This document shows, in pieces, positions 40,331-58,062 of a DNA stretch of 64,000 bases. The first letter of the stretch is position 1, and each line of letters begins with the position of its first letter. The position numbers were made by a program, and so were the translations under genes. The DNA is taken from assembly GCA_030141605.1 (NCBI GenBank), contig JAQGDQ010000075.1, forward strand, positions 496,001-560,000, given 5' to 3'. The notes under the pieces are model-generated. The model did not search any database, was not told the DNA's origin, and saw only the letters and a list, made by a program, of their open reading frames with translations. Origin of the DNA: Tubiluchus corallicola (lineage: Eukaryota; Animalia; Priapulida).

Positions 40331-42097
40331 CCGATAAATATTGCTGACGTATACTTTCATTGATGCAGAGACTGTAAATGAAAAATTCTCGTTTCTTTTA
40401 CTTAACTACTAGGCGACCGCCTGTTGCTTCCTGTTGTTCAACGATACTTGTTTTGACTGACTCGAGATTAGTAGTAAAATTAACTCATTTGAAAGTGCTG
40501 ATAGCTTACATTACAACCTCTGTGGATGGAGCTTTACTTTATGGACTTAATATTAACAAATTCTGGTTAACTATTAGATTGTCTTTTTTTTTGCTAGCCA
40601 AAGAGAATTTGTGGGTATTGTTTGTAGCATCTGAAAGTATTTCTAGTCTGTAAATTTTGAGTAGTGTAGCAACACATGTTTATTGAACGAGTACCTTGGT
40701 ACAAATTAGCTGCTGTTACTTAGTTTGAACTAATTTCATATTATCAACATTTATGAATATTAAAGTATTATCTTAGCACAAATACTGCATAAAATTAGTT
40801 TCACGTTTTGTGTTCATGGAATATGTTGAGTAAAAACTGGGTAGCATGATACACGCTACCAAACAATAAATTCGCTGATTGCTCATACTTGATTGTGAGA
40901 TCCGCCCCACATTACAATTACACATAGATTATAATATAAAGAACTACAATATATGATGTGACATAACATGGATGCAGTATGTATTACAATACAGTAAATC
41001 AAATATGTAGCATTACTATTATACTTTAAAATACAGAAAAATGGTATCTTCCGTAAACACCCCTGACGATGGTATAATTAATGTAATATTATTTTTACAA
41101 TTGTGTAACACAATGTGGCCTATATATAGAATCGCCATGTATTTGTCTAAAATATGAAAAATATTAAACTACAGATTGTAACAGTATTTATTGCGTCTTT
41201 CATGGTTCGAAACAACGCAGAAACCTTAACCATGTTATTCACGAAAAATCTGCTTGGTCCTGCTGTTAAAAACAAAACAATGTACAAGACAGTGGCTTTA
41301 ATTATGAAGTTGGTTTTTTGAGGTTTTGCGTGTGCAGTGTTTTCGTGTTAAAAATGTTCAATTCGTTACTGTATTATTCATTCTGTCACTTTTAACAGTC
41401 TTAGCGATACCAAATTTCTGGATTCGTGATATTGGCATTACCGCGTTACTGAACCACCATGCTACCCATGCTCCATTAATGCTATCCACATATACCAAAA
41501 ATAAAAAAACTGGCGCAGTTTCCTCGTATAGTATTTTCTTGCATACATGTAAAAACATGACTGCATATATAGTCAAATAAACTCTTCAGTCATCATTGTC
41601 AGCGTAACTGAATGTTCGAAGACACTGTATGCCCTTAGTTTTTCTACGTATTGACAGAGTGTCCTACCAATTTAAGCGCTTTTAACGGATATGGGGAGGC
41701 TGCTATTGCCCTTCTGGTGACCCATTGTGCCGCATATATAGAGATCCAAATCCTTTTGCAGTTATTATCTAGCTAACATACGTCCACAGTTGATACTTTC
41801 TCGGCTGTTTGTTAAAGATATATAGGTTATGCTATAGGAAGTGGAGATTCCTCACTTTACAGGTAATTTCAACGGGTAGCTAATCCGATGCAGCCTTTTT
41901 GTATAATTCTTCCTATTTCAGGAGCCGCTTTTTGACGGACCGCATAAATAAACAGAACAACCACTAAAATCTTAGCACTAACTGTGGTTACAGTAGTTAC
42001 AATCTTAAATATGATTTTTTATACCTATACCTTTTAAGAATTATAACAATTGTAAACTACATTTAGTTACTTATTATTCATGATATGCAGGATGTTA

Positions 42098-45000
42098 TTA
42101 TAGTTGTCGCTTTACATTTTCTTTGAACTGTCCCACAATGTTACCAGCTGGTTTGTAATTTGCCACTACAATAATTGTACCATCTTTCTTTTTTGCTTTG
42201 CCAACTCCTAGCTGCCTGCTGCTTGCCCAGACCACTTGTGTAATATGACCTGCAAATAAAAGAAGAAAAAGAGCAAAACGGGTAGCCAAATCAGAACTAA
42301 TAGTATGTGGGGCCTTGCAGCTCAATGATTTTCTCGACAGTTGCATGGACGGCAATGGTGAAAACGTAGTCGGGCAGTATTTAGTCATCTTTAAAAATTC
42401 AAGAAAGAGACATTTGGAAAATGCAACAATAACATTTAATCTCTTATACTGTGTAAAATAACGTATAAGACTTAAAATAGACAGTGAAAATGATGAAACA
42501 TCAGCTTGTTTCAAGCAATAACCAAAACAGATATTTTACTTAATGGTTTGTTGATTGTAACTACAATATTACCTTTACAAAGTTACAATGAATAAATTAC
42601 ACTGCAATGCAGTACAATTATGCCTTACCACAGGAAATAGTGGTTGGCTCTTTGCCATAATCCGTGTAGCGCTTGCTCTCATTGTACCAAGTGTCAGTCA
42701 CCTGTTTTCCTGCAAAAAGTCCCATTTGTTCAGTTAATTAAAAATACTGCTATATCATAGTGCGGATCAACCTGCAAATATAATCAGTTCAAGATGAAAG
42801 TTTTACTTGTAACTGATTCTACTATGCAGCTGTGCTCGAAAAATGCCTAACACAGCAGAGAGCCTTCTAATAACACAGAGTTAAAATGTTATTGTTTTAT
42901 GCTAGTTTTTTTTTTGTTCCTTTGTCCGTCCGCCAGTACACCCATCTGTATTACATCTGTCTATTCTTTTGTTCGTTCATTCAATCACTGGCTTATCGAT
43001 TCATTCGTTCGTTCATTCTTTCATTCTTTCATTCATTCATTCATCCGTTCATTCATTTACTCATTCATTTGTTCGATTGTTTCGCTAGTTCGTCTATCTA
43101 TCTATCCATTCGTTCCTCCATCATTCACTTATCACTAAATAATAATTCAATCTTAAGTAACATCACACACTTTCCAAGTGCCATTACGTCAATGTGTGCC
43201 TAAGTCATAGCGCAAAATAAAGATAGTTCAATTAATTATTATAATATTAGTATCAAAATTATTGTTGATGATTGTACAAACCTAGAATTAACTAAATTTT
43301 ACTACCAAACTTGAAATATAGCAAGGATTTGAATCTGGGGCGCTATATTTTCCAGTGACGAAAGAAATCCAAAGTTCAATCCTTATAGCTGGCAACCAAT
43401 TCAGCGTTTCTAATGTTAGATCGCTCAGACTAAAATGATTTTAATACGATTAGTTTTTTTATATTTTGATTACTTTAAAGCCTGAATCCTTGCAACTGCT
43501 TTAAATCCAGGGTGTATTCTAACTTTTTCACATTTCCTATCTTTCAATTTTGGTGTCAAATTAAGTTAGTTGTAATCTATACCATCATCAATGATAGTCT
43601 ACATTCAGAACTCAGTGTATAAAAGACACTAGTGGACTACCTGTTACGTCAAAATCAGTAGCAGATGACCACTGATTAAAAATGTTTTCTCCGCAGTCCA
43701 GATTTTGACGGTGACAAAATTTTCCACTTGCAACCAGTTTGTCAGCCCATTCTTGAGCATATCTAGAAGCAGTAGCAGTATGTTTATTGACCAATATGAC
43801 AGGAGTATCATTACAGCTTAACACTTCATTTGATTTGCATGTAATTAGTCCAACAATCTGCAAAATGTAAATTACAACTCTTTCCTTTAATTACTAGATC
43901 AGTATTTAAAACAGCTGCATATAATCAAATACGTATTTGAAAAATCAAGTTAGTATCAGTGCAATTACACAAGTTACCTATGTTTTCAAAGTTAATGCCC
44001 AGGCTCCTATTATTATAGCTCATTTTAAGATGCTCACTAGTTCTAAATAACACGAAATTTTATTATTTTCAAATTTAATGAAACAACAAGCTACTACCAG
44101 GAACAGAATTAAAACACAATTATGCCAATAAAAGGAAATATCCTGCGACCATAGACCTGCAATATGCTGATGATATTGCATGGATAGCAAGAACCAAAGA
44201 TGAAATAGATGATATAAAAATCAAAATAGAAACAAAACTAAAAGAAATGGATCTCATACTAAGTAAAGATAAAACAGAAGAGTATCACATAAAAAGGAAT
44301 GGAGATGCGTGGAGGAAATGTAAATGCTTAGGCAGTCTTCTAGCAACAGACGAAGATATATGGAGAAAAAATCTTAGGGCAAGCTGCAGTTTGTAAATTA
44401 ACAAAAACTTTTGAAAGTAAGAGGATCAGTCTAGAAACAAAATTAAGAATCTTTGCTGCTCTTGTGGAAACTGTGTTTCTCTACAACTCAGAATTATGGA
44501 CAATCAAAGCACAACACAAATCAGAAATTGATGCATTTCAAAGAAGAAGCTGCAGGTACATTCTAGGAATAAAATGGCCAAACAAAATGTCAAACCAGGT
44601 TCTGTATAATAAAGTCAAGGGAGAGGAATGTACAGTTGAAATCAAAAGACGAAGATTAAGATGGATAGGACATGTTATACGACTACCAGATGACAGGCCA
44701 TTAAAATTAGCTTTCAAAGAAACACTACAGAAAGAAAAGAAGCCGCAAGGGGGACTGCTGCTGACTTACGTCAATTTCATACAAAAAGATCTTATCCAAC
44801 ACACCATTAGACATTAAAAATACAGAAACATGGGAGGTTGCGGGTGACAGGGCAGCATGGACTAAAGTGATTGCGACGGTCAAGTCAGAGGACATGTGAC
44901 TCCAGAGATGAGGATGAAACAACAGGAAAAATATTTAGCTTTGTTTCCAATTTATTTTAGGAGCAATAATTTTATAGTGGTGTCCAGTGTCTCCACGTGT

Positions 45001-45449
45001 TAGAGCTATTGGTTAGTATTAATGGTTGGTGTTTTAAAATAAATCTGTTTAGGCCTTACAATATGATCATAACTGATAATCTACGGAATTGAGGAGTGCA
45101 ACTCGCTCTCCGGTTGACTAATAGTGTTATAATTAGCACGCAGGTCGAATGCAATTCAAAATTTTGCTTTGTTAATCTAAATGATTTTGATACTTATGGC
45201 AGTAATGAAATGAAGGTCTCTAAAATTTGCAGAGAAGGCAAGTGAATTATCCCACTGGCGAATTCTTACACCTTGAGATTGACTATTATAAGATAACTAC
45301 ATAACAAACATCGAGCTAAGAGGAGAAAAGGTTCATTTACCATACCTGTTCAGTTCCTCTGACATTACAAGAGGTGGCACAGCATGTCTGGTTCGTGCTG
45401 CATTGTGTTCCATCAAAACTTCTTTGCGAAATTCACCCAAATTAGTCAT
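42098..45449 (-). CDS. GLIPR2: GAPR-1/GLIPR2-like CAP (SCP/PR-1) domain protein, 152 aa
   Basis: Exons 45346-45449 (MTNLGEFRKEVLMEHNAARTRHAVPPL), 43641-43762 (YAQEWAD..HRQ..GENI), 42629-42709 (WYNESKRY) and 42098-42249 (GHITQVVWASSRQLGVG..VVANYKPAGN) join in phase (459 nt). No signal peptide; His/Glu/Glu/His tetrad present. Confidence 0.9.
44090..44930 (+). mobile_element. 5'-truncated RTE-clade LINE in intron 1 of the CAP gene (antisense to the gene)
   Basis: LQYADDIAWI..KCLGSLL, then after a frameshift ETVFLYNSELWT..IDAFQRR..ILGIKWP..RRRLRWIGHVIRLPDDRP, which are typical RTE C-terminal motifs. Confidence 0.85.
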
Positions 45450-47012
45450 AACGAAGATTCTTCTGCCCTTCTTTTATAGCAATTCAATACATGGGCAGCA
45501 TATAATTCATTACATTTACTGTAGTCTAAGCCATGGCTGCTTTTGTGTAGTATTGATCGAATCATAGAATCCAGAAAATCTGTATCGCAGCGCCAAATAA
45601 CATTTTCTCACGTCCGTGTACGCAGCTAGACGTTAAGTTTTTACGTAATTTATATAAGACGGGCAAACAATCATTGTTTACATACTTCGTTTTAAATGTT
45701 TCTTGCAGGCATGCGAACTTCTGCATGTAAATTATAACTCATTTCTCTGATGTAGATTGTACACAAATTTCGAACAAGCTCCCAAAGTCTGGTAACTGGG
45801 GCCTTAGACCTGACGGCCCAAGGCTCCGCAAAATACCTCAATTTAAGAATACGTAATAAATGTGATTTAAATCACATCGAGTACGAGAAACGCATGTATA
45901 GCGATGTATTGTTCTAAGCATAGCAATGTCAGAATTAGATACCTCCAGACTGTAAGTTTGAAGCCTTCAAACCGCATAAACGTTTTGATTATATAATTTA
46001 TAATTTATTGGGTGAAAGTACATTAACAAAATTATATGGTCATTAATTACAATGTACCAGACGTAACAAATAATATAAGCGCAAGGTGCTACGCAGCACA
46101 TTACCAAACAAAAAACAAAAACAACATCAAACACTGATGTTTGTCATAAACACAACTTCACATACACATTCAACACACTAAAATTGATAAAGCCTAATAA
46201 AAGACGAACATTTTTATTTTCATGCTGTTACTGAAAATTATTTTAAAATTCGTATGCTGGCTAGTGCACACTTGTTCGAGGAAAAGCAGAATTAACAAAA
46301 TTTTATTTATTTAGTTTGATTTGGTTTATTGGATCTGTAATGTGTACATGTGTTTTTGTACCCAATAAAATCCTAAATTTTAATTTGCAAGAAAATACAG
46401 ACGACTCACTTTTGTGGTGGTAGAATAATCAATGTAATGTAAAAAGTGCAAATAGGATTAAAATCGCCAGTTAAAGGCACGATGAGGTCTTTTAGTAAGT
46501 ATGTGTAAAGATCTGCTTACGATTCCATCAATTTGTTTGATCTTTTCATCGGTCTGTTGCTTAGCCTGCTTTTATTGTTGAGTATGACGTCACACGGATC
46601 TACGTTTCGGCACTAGCCATCCGCATAAAAACACTAAAACACTTACTGTTTTGCGGATTGTTTTTGTTTCTCTAGTCGCCTGCAGGTGAACAGTCATGGC
46701 AAGTCAGAGAATTCTTTGGCGTAAGCTCATTTGTAAAGGTGCTGGGTATACAGTTAGTCAGCTATAGCAGTTTAAAATTATAGGATTTAAACACTCGGCA
46801 GGCTGAAAAAGAGCTCAGATTAGTATGTTACCTGTTGGTTACATGTTTGGGCATAACGGGTAGGGTTTATAGTCACAAATTTACGCCTTTGTATTGACTA
46901 TTCTAAGTTTGTAACTTTGACAAATGAAATAGTCAGCTCACTAATATCATTATTACAATGGCGGCAGCAACAAGATTTCAACATAGTCTTAGTAAAAAGA
47001 AGTAACCAACTA

Positions 47013-47308
<296 letters not shown>

Positions 47309-47949
47309 GTGAGAATTAAATTTTTTTTAGAGAAACCTATTATATAATATATTCTAAAAAAATTGGCTTCAATGTAACTAGAGCATCCCCTCCGTTTCCT
47401 TCAAACAGAATCGCCCATTTATGATGCAAACAACATGAACAAAAAAATCGCCTGGGAACACAGTACATAGAATAGGGGTGCGTGACTGTACATACCCGCC
47501 ATAATACTACCTACACCATGGAATGAAGGCTTAAAGAAACTTATATAACGCTCTTTATTCAGTGACGTGCACAAATTTTTTGGGCTAATTGGACTGCTAA
47601 AGTTGGAACTTTCATTCAGTTTGAGACTCAAAGTTAATTCGCGATATATGTATTATCCTTATCCGTACTTTAATTTGTACACTTTGAGGTTGGGTTTGAG
47701 TTAGTCAGCTAAGTTAAAAACAGAAAAATACCAACACTATTTACGTACGCATACATATACATACAAACTTATCACGGTTAATGCAAAGATTTTCACGCAT
47801 TATTTACATGCAGAGACTAAACAGTGGCTAAATAATTTATGATTATTTTCATTTGTTCACTATTTAGGCCTACTTCATATATCCTTCTATCTCATATAAA
47901 CATTCTTTGATCACATTGGCATAAACCATATTCTCCTGCGTTAAATTTG

Positions 47950-50640
<2,691 letters not shown>

Positions 50641-50915
50641 TCAAAGCATAGCAAGCAATTTAAGCTGAGTAATAGCAACTGAGTTTAAATAAAATTATGC
50701 AACACCGAATTAAATTTTAGACACATTGTGACCAATATTTGAGTCTGAATGTTTAAAGCCCATCTTTCTTCTTTCGGAACTTATTTGCACCTTCAAAAAA
50801 CGCTGGAATGGTTCTCCTAGGTGTCTGTAGGGAACACTCTTTTAAAAGTTTTAAAATGCACGTACAAAAAAACATTGTAGGTACTGTTCACACTATTTGA
50901 CACAACAGCTTAGAC

Positions 50916-52849
50916 CTAGAGCTCAAGAAATGCCAAACGGTGGTCCCCTGATGATAGAGAGTCATATATCTCCGGTAATTTTAATCTTATTTTTCCTCTC
51001 TTTGGCTGTTTATGTTTTATTCTTCCATATTTGCGCCGCATTTCTGCCCGAAATATCCGGAAGAGTTTCATATTCCGCCTTTGTTCGTCTGCTTTGCTAC
51101 TGTGAAACGACGTCCTTGTTTTAAACCCCTGATGCAGAAGAAATGCATTGTTCAGTATAGCAAAGTGGTAACCAGCCATGTGTAATTCATACGCCTGAAG
51201 AAAAAAAGATAGTTAATTATGCACACTAACAATTTCTACATAAGATGGAACAGGGGCAGCCTGTGACCAGGGGCACCAGACTGGTGATCGTGTAACTCTA
51301 GATTGCAAACCTTTTATGCTTTATCGTCTGTAACACGAATTTTAAAATGCGCAATAGAATTATTAATTAAATATGAAAACCACATTTGCTCTATAATTCT
51401 ATGCTATACATAATTTATTGCTGAATTATTGTCCCAATAATAATATCCCAAATTAGACATTAGAAAATCCTAAAGAAAAGCAAATTGATCCATGACACAC
51501 AACGCTCACATTTACCAATAGCTAAGCTTTTGATATTAAAATCTTCAAGAGAGTATGTTAATCTTACACAGGTAACAGTTGGCTAGAATCAGTTACCTTA
51601 CAATGCTTGATTATAGAGTAGACAACACATTTATGTGATTCGTATGTATTTTAAAAAAACACAGAACATTGACACAGAACTTGTTGAAACAAATCAGAGT
51701 TTTATTATTTTTACCAAACATTGCTGGAAAAAGAGTCTTTTGAAGTCCAGAAATTTCTTTTTTCTTTAAATTGTCTGAAATTGACACTTGCATGGGTACA
51801 ACAAAGAAATAGGTCACGGTGCTAAACTGAAGTGAGTAAATTTGCAAAAGAATAGGCACTTGAGTCTCTTCGTTTATCACATAACTAAGCTGTCACTAAG
51901 TACTGTCATTAAAGCTGTCGTTAAAGTCGCTCAGTGATGCCTTAGGAAACATTTTACGTTTCACAAAACGTCAGTACTATGTCATTGACATACTAATGAG
52001 TGACCGTCTTTAAGAAACTACTAGCCTATTAATAACCTTCCTTAACAATAATTTCTGATGCGCTACAGTGGCGTTTACTTAATTAGGCTATTTCATTAGT
52101 GATTTTTAATATTACTCGATTATTCGAGTTTTGTGCATATTCTTTCCCTTTTTAAGTAACATTTTGGCAAAGAGGTATGTAAAACATAGTAACGTGACGT
52201 TTGTGCCCTGATGGTTTTGAATAATAGGTATCGAGAATTAAAACATCTTAACCTGAAGTTTGACCACCCTGTTTTGTTGTTGGTTGGAATCCAAGCGTCA
52301 AAACTTCTAAGTTTGTTATACAATTCGTTATAAAATGCAGTTGGGCCATCCTAAAATTAATGAGACCAGTTACAGGCGGAAATGAAAGCACTGCTAACTT
52401 TTTATCTTTGAAATCACACTTCGAAGTAGAAGCTGAAACAATGAGTTTGTTCCGCATTTTATGCTTTTTGTTCCTTATTATGCATGATCTTAATTAACAT
52501 TGTGTTAGCCTAATCTAATTTCATTTCTCTGTATTCTGTGACATGGCTCTGTATATAACGATGTTTTATATTCACCATTGTTGTTGTAACTTGATGAAAC
52601 TACACGGCCAACTTGTGACTTCACTAAACGCCCAGTGTACCTGCCAATACATTTCCTGCAACGGTGGGTTGCGAAGCCAAAGTAAGGGTTAGCGCATGTC
52701 GGGTCAATTAATCCCGTTGGACTAAATTTAGTGACTCCCCGATCCATGCAGTGCACTATAAGCAAACGTTACTGATTATTAGGCTGTATTTACAATAATC
52801 GTGTTAGTGATTACTTAACAACTGCTCGCAATCTGTTCTATTTTTATTA

Positions 52850-52948
<99 letters not shown>

Positions 52949-55521
52949 TTTTAAATTTTTGTTCTGCAAAACACAAACATTCTACTTAGTGTTTGTCTAC
53001 TTTCCCCCTTTGACGCTGGTAATAGGCAATGGCTGGAAAAGGCGCGTAATTTCTGAAAAGCAAAGATGATGGGTGTTCCACATAACCATTGCCTTTAATG
53101 TACAGAAAAACTTGTTATTTCTGTAAATTGGGAAGTATCAGGTGTTTTCGCTGTCAGTAATGGTTAAGACAAGAAAGTATACTTTTCTGTATGTATTATG
53201 ATGGACTTTTTTCAACTTCTTATTGGCTGTAAAAATTATTCACCTGCTCTCGATTTGTTTGCATCATCTAGTGGTATACTTTGCATGGCGCATAAAATGT
53301 TGCCCGAAAGTTTTGCCCGAAATAATTTTATAATACTTAATTCCAATGTTTGTGTTTTTTCCTAAATCGTGTAAAGGACTTATTTCTGGCAAAGTGCATC
53401 TGCACAGTACCATCGGTACACAACGTTACTGATGATAAATATATAGGTCATACTTTGTGAGTAAACTTAAATGATAATGTGGATATCAGGTGTGAAACGC
53501 AGTTATCTATGTGCGAGAAACTTAGAAATTCTAATAAATGTTCATATGCAGTAAATTCTTATCTTTTCCTAGAGTTACTGTATGGTTTTTATTGCATTAT
53601 TTGCATGTCATTACTCTGTATCAGTTAAACATGACAAATATGTTATTGAAAAGCTTCGATTGGGGGTATAATAATGGGATTCGAAAGCTGTGTCATCCAA
53701 TATACGTATTTTATGCATATTCGTAGATATTATCACAGCCACAGAAACAGAATTGTAATTGCTTTTTGCAAGCCATTGTGCCGTTGTATGTATCTTCAAA
53801 CTGTGGAATGACTGTGTAACGACATCGCACATACTGGGCATACTTCGTAAATTTCTTAAATACTTCGTTTTCGTTTTAAATTAGTAATTATAATTTTAAT
53901 AGTCTTTTGTATAATAGTTTTACCATATATTTTAAAATGTATCAATGAGAAGGTACTAAATCAAGAGCTTTCATTTGACATATAATTCACCGAGAATGCT
54001 GAGCACAAAATATGCACATGAACTGATTGACTATGCTTAGGCCTCTACAGAATGAGCGTTATATTTACTGACCAAGAAATGACCATAAATGACGTTGATG
54101 TCCACCAAACTTTTTACAAACCTTGGGCTTCAAGGACCAGTAGGATTTCTAGCATTCTTGCCTCTGTACTACATGTAACAAATTTTTAACATTATATTAA
54201 ATGTTGAAACATAGTATAATTATATGAGTTGGATAGTGTGGTCATGTCGGGCTTCAGGTCACCAATCAGGTCCTGGGTCACGTGGAGCAGACCTAGCTCC
54301 ATCTTTTGTTAATAAAGTCCCCGTAAATTTGTCAAACATAACGTTTAGTGTGCTGAAAATTTTTGTTAACTAGGAACTAGTGCCCCCAATTACCTGAGAA
54401 ATTCTGTTAAATCCGAACTGTCTGAATCTTTCGTCATATCTAGGCACTGTTTTCCTACTTATATATAACGGTTCCCATGGAATCTTCCAAGAAACTTCAT
54501 AGATAGCTTTCATCTTGTCATCATGTGGCCTGAATTGTAGCCATTTGGACTGATTAAAAGTCCCTTGGCATACCGAGCAAAGCTCCCAATAAAAGGGTCT
54601 AATCGTTCCGTTTTCTAAAAACGGAATAAGATTTTTCTTGTGAAGAGGTAAATAATTCGGCAGTTTTGTTTCAAAAGCTGGTACGACGTACACTGCCTTA
54701 TCTGCAGCGCCGTTTGCTGACAAACTGTTCTCGCGCGAAAATTGTTGAAAGCCTTCATGAAGTTTAGCACTTGGAATCATGTCAATATCTACTACGAACA
54801 TAAACTCTGTGAACACAGCTGCTCGAGCCACATTGCGTAGTAAGTTGACGGGATATTGGAGACCTTTGTAAGAGTAGTTGCGAATTGCGGCTTCTTTTTT
54901 GACACTTTTATAATCAGGACAGTTAATCAATCCAGTTTTACCTCCTATGTCAAGTTGAGGTGTAGAGTGATTGAGTGGATGCACTAAATGAAAACTCACG
55001 TTCTGTCGAATGTCATAGAAACATCGACGTAGATTGCTGATGGTGGTGATAGCAGATATAATGTCGTCGCTGTTAATTGCGAAAACTGCCACGGAAATTG
55101 GTCCTTTCCAACGCTTACTAAGAAGCACAAGGTGATGAAGATTATGTGTAGATGTTTGACTGGCCAGAGTTATATCATCCTTGTCGTATAAATGTTGCTG
55201 CAGTCTTTCACTAATCGTTAAATTGTATACAATTTGAAATTCACCAGTTTTGTCAAGCACTCCACTTTGCTGGAAGAAATACTGCATCGTCATAGTATCA
55301 GTTTCAACAAACTGACGACCCGCCACGCTAATCATTGCTCCTACTGAGCTGGTTCTAGTCCATAGAAACGTCACGGGCATCGACATCAGACTCATGTAAG
55401 CCACGCGAAGAATTAATGCGACTTGTGCAGCACTAATAAAAACAAAAGCAATTTTCCTGCGCTCGAATACCATGTTGGTACAGAGAAGCTCAGAAACTAT
55501 TCTTTGTGAAATGTTTTTCAT
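50916..55521 (-). CDS. B4GAT1: Beta-1,4-glucuronyltransferase 1-like (GT49 / Glyco_transf_49), type II Golgi glycosyltransferase
   Basis: Exon 54394-55521 (start at 55521 or 55473) has a TM after RRK, then WKGPISVAVF, YPVNLLRNVAR, DxD motif VVDIDMIPS, VYVVPAFE and WEPLYI..PRYDERFRQFGFNRISQ. It splices in phase 0 to 50916-51194 (AYELHMAGYHFAILNNAFLLHQGFK). Confidence 0.9.
52852..52947. repeat. (AC)n microsatellite
   Basis: Direct read. Confidence 0.95.
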
Positions 55522-55698
55522 TGAAGCAGTGCAGTGCAGCTGGTTAATTAAGCTACGTGTTTTGAAAAAAATCAACACAATGATAATTATGAATCATACG
55601 AGCACTGGAAATGATCAATTCGGAATGTCCACTTCGGGTCAAACTAACGTTGCCGCGAAACCGCACAGGATGCCGGAACACTAAAATGACTTCAACGC

Positions 55699-55700
<2 letters not shown>

Positions 55701-55774
<74 letters not shown>
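55701..55774. repeat. (CT)n microsatellite just upstream of the B4GAT1-like start
   Basis: Direct read. Confidence 0.95.
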
Positions 55775-55777
<3 letters not shown>

Positions 55778-57317
55778 GAAATTTCGGATCACACGTCTTG
55801 TTTGCAGCGATCAGCACTAAAATGCAGCGGTCATGTCTAAAATGCCAAATGTTTTGTACCTTTTTAGAATACCGAGGAAAACGAAATTGCCTAAGGACAA
55901 TGCACTAAGAACAAAATGGTTATAACGCAACTAGACACGAGAAAATAAAACCGTTTCAGCCTGATTGACAGGGCAAGCTAACTATGTCAGACAACTAAAT
56001 CAAAACTATGAACATTTAAAAACGTGTAGACCATAGGTCCATAGCCTACAATCGTAAATTATCAAAATGGTAGTGCAGGCGGTTAAAGAAAATGAAACAT
56101 GCGAAATATATAATCAGATGATTGATCAATGTAAGGTATGGATGCGCCAAGTAAAATGTCCAAAAGAAAAATCTAACTCCGGTATTACCTGGTGCGATAA
56201 ACCTCAAATCAATTTATTCAGTATAAATATGTGGCTCAACAATAGAGAGAACAATAGAAAGATAATTAACAGATTAACAGGTGAAAATAGGAAATTACAG
56301 CTGCTAAGTAAAAATATAACGTGTTTCAAATAATCGCGTAATTGATTTCTGATCTATAGCAAAATAGCAGATTATTGCGTTAATTTACAAGATAAGGATA
56401 ATTTAGTCTAAATTAATTAACAGAACTTACAATTTGATGGTTAAATAGCATCCTGGATAACAAAAAACGGTATTTAATGAGTTCACTAGAACTACGACAG
56501 TAAAAAAAGCAATAATCCGTGTATACGTGTAAGTATGAGCATGTAAAACAGGTCATGAAAAACATCGACTATACCTAAAGTTGGCTTCTGACATCTGATT
56601 GGCTCTAATGTATAACAAAGTTAAAAAAATTGAACTAAAAAGATTTTACAAACGTTAACTAGGTGTCGCTAGCACCCACATAAGGCATATGAAAACATAT
56701 TAAGACACCAAAAATGAAGCTAATATGTATAAGGGACATTCTTAGAAATGGGGTTTGAGTAAAATACTTCCCTCTAATGGAGCCATTTTACCATTATGCA
56801 AGTTTTCGCGTTTGAATCATACTACATGGAGTCTATTTTTATAAGGAAATGTTTATTTCAATATTTTTCTTTTAATAATTGCTAGCATATTAGCAATCCC
56901 ATCCTATAAATACACAAGCAATAAACAAAATTTTGATTTCGTTCATGCAGTGTCTCTCTCGTTGTGTCTGCCTACCAACGGAATTCAGTCAGATGTTAAT
57001 CGTCATTTTTAAACATTTTAACAAATATTTGAAACACCGTCTGTTTTTTTTACAAAATCAATAAATTTCGTGTTTATTATTAATGTACTGTTAATAATCG
57101 TAAAGTTTTGAGATCAAGCTAACCACTCTATGCCGTGTAAAACACTACTTTTATGTGTAAATCACAAAAGTAATGCACAACAGGCTTAACAGCAGTTAAA
57201 ATTTATCAGCACCACTTAACTGCTCGATAGAAAATGTTATTTATGAAACACAAGAAAAGTTTTGCCTGCGGTGATGAATAAGGTCAGCAGCAATGGTATC
57301 AATGACACTGGGGTGAT

Positions 57318-57319
<2 letters not shown>

Positions 57320-57405
<86 letters not shown>
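57320..57405. repeat. (CT)n microsatellite
   Basis: Direct read. Confidence 0.95.
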
Positions 57406-57410
<5 letters not shown>

Positions 57411-57955
57411 CTTTCGTTCTAATAGTCGTTGCCCAGTCATCCTCGTTGTTTCGATTGTTTTCCTTTGTTATAGTGTGCCTGGTTAAAGCGTGGTTCAGAC
57501 TAGCGAGCTAAACTTGCTGCAAGTTACTCTAGAATAGTAAGACAGTAAACACGAGCTGACACTCAATTCCCTATTCACTGGCGGAAGGGTCAAGAGTAAC
57601 TCGAGGGGGTTTACACAGTAACTCGAAGGAAATCAACTCGCATTAAGTGTCAGTGAGTTTGAAATACGAGTAACTTGCCGACAATAACTAAGTATGCGCT
57701 GCACATTTCAGCAGCCAACTTGACAAAATAGTACACCACGTCTTTAGCATGTTTAGCATTGTATGTGCCAATTTTCCTTTGAGGAACAGCTTCCTGTCCA
57801 CTAAAAACAAGTCCTTGCAATAATATCTCAAGTATATAACTGTTAATTTAAGCTGTCGAATATGCTCAGAATATGCCCTGGATTTGAAATACTGAACTTG
57901 TATTTCACGCGTGTGTCTGAATAAATTATATAAATATTAACAAAAACAGCAGCTG

Positions 57956-58062
57956 GGGCCAGTTTCACAAAGCTGTGATTGAGTTAATGACTTCGTCATG
58001 ACATTTACTTAATTGTTAATAACGACGTTGCAAACTTGTTGGTGGCTTTGTGAAACTGGCCC
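57956..58062. mobile_element. ~107-bp MITE with perfect 18-bp terminal inverted repeats (PIF/Harbinger-like GGGCC termini)
   Basis: gggccagtttcacaaagc (57956-57973) and gctttgtgaaactggccc (58045-58062), flanked by ctg / ag. Confidence 0.75.
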
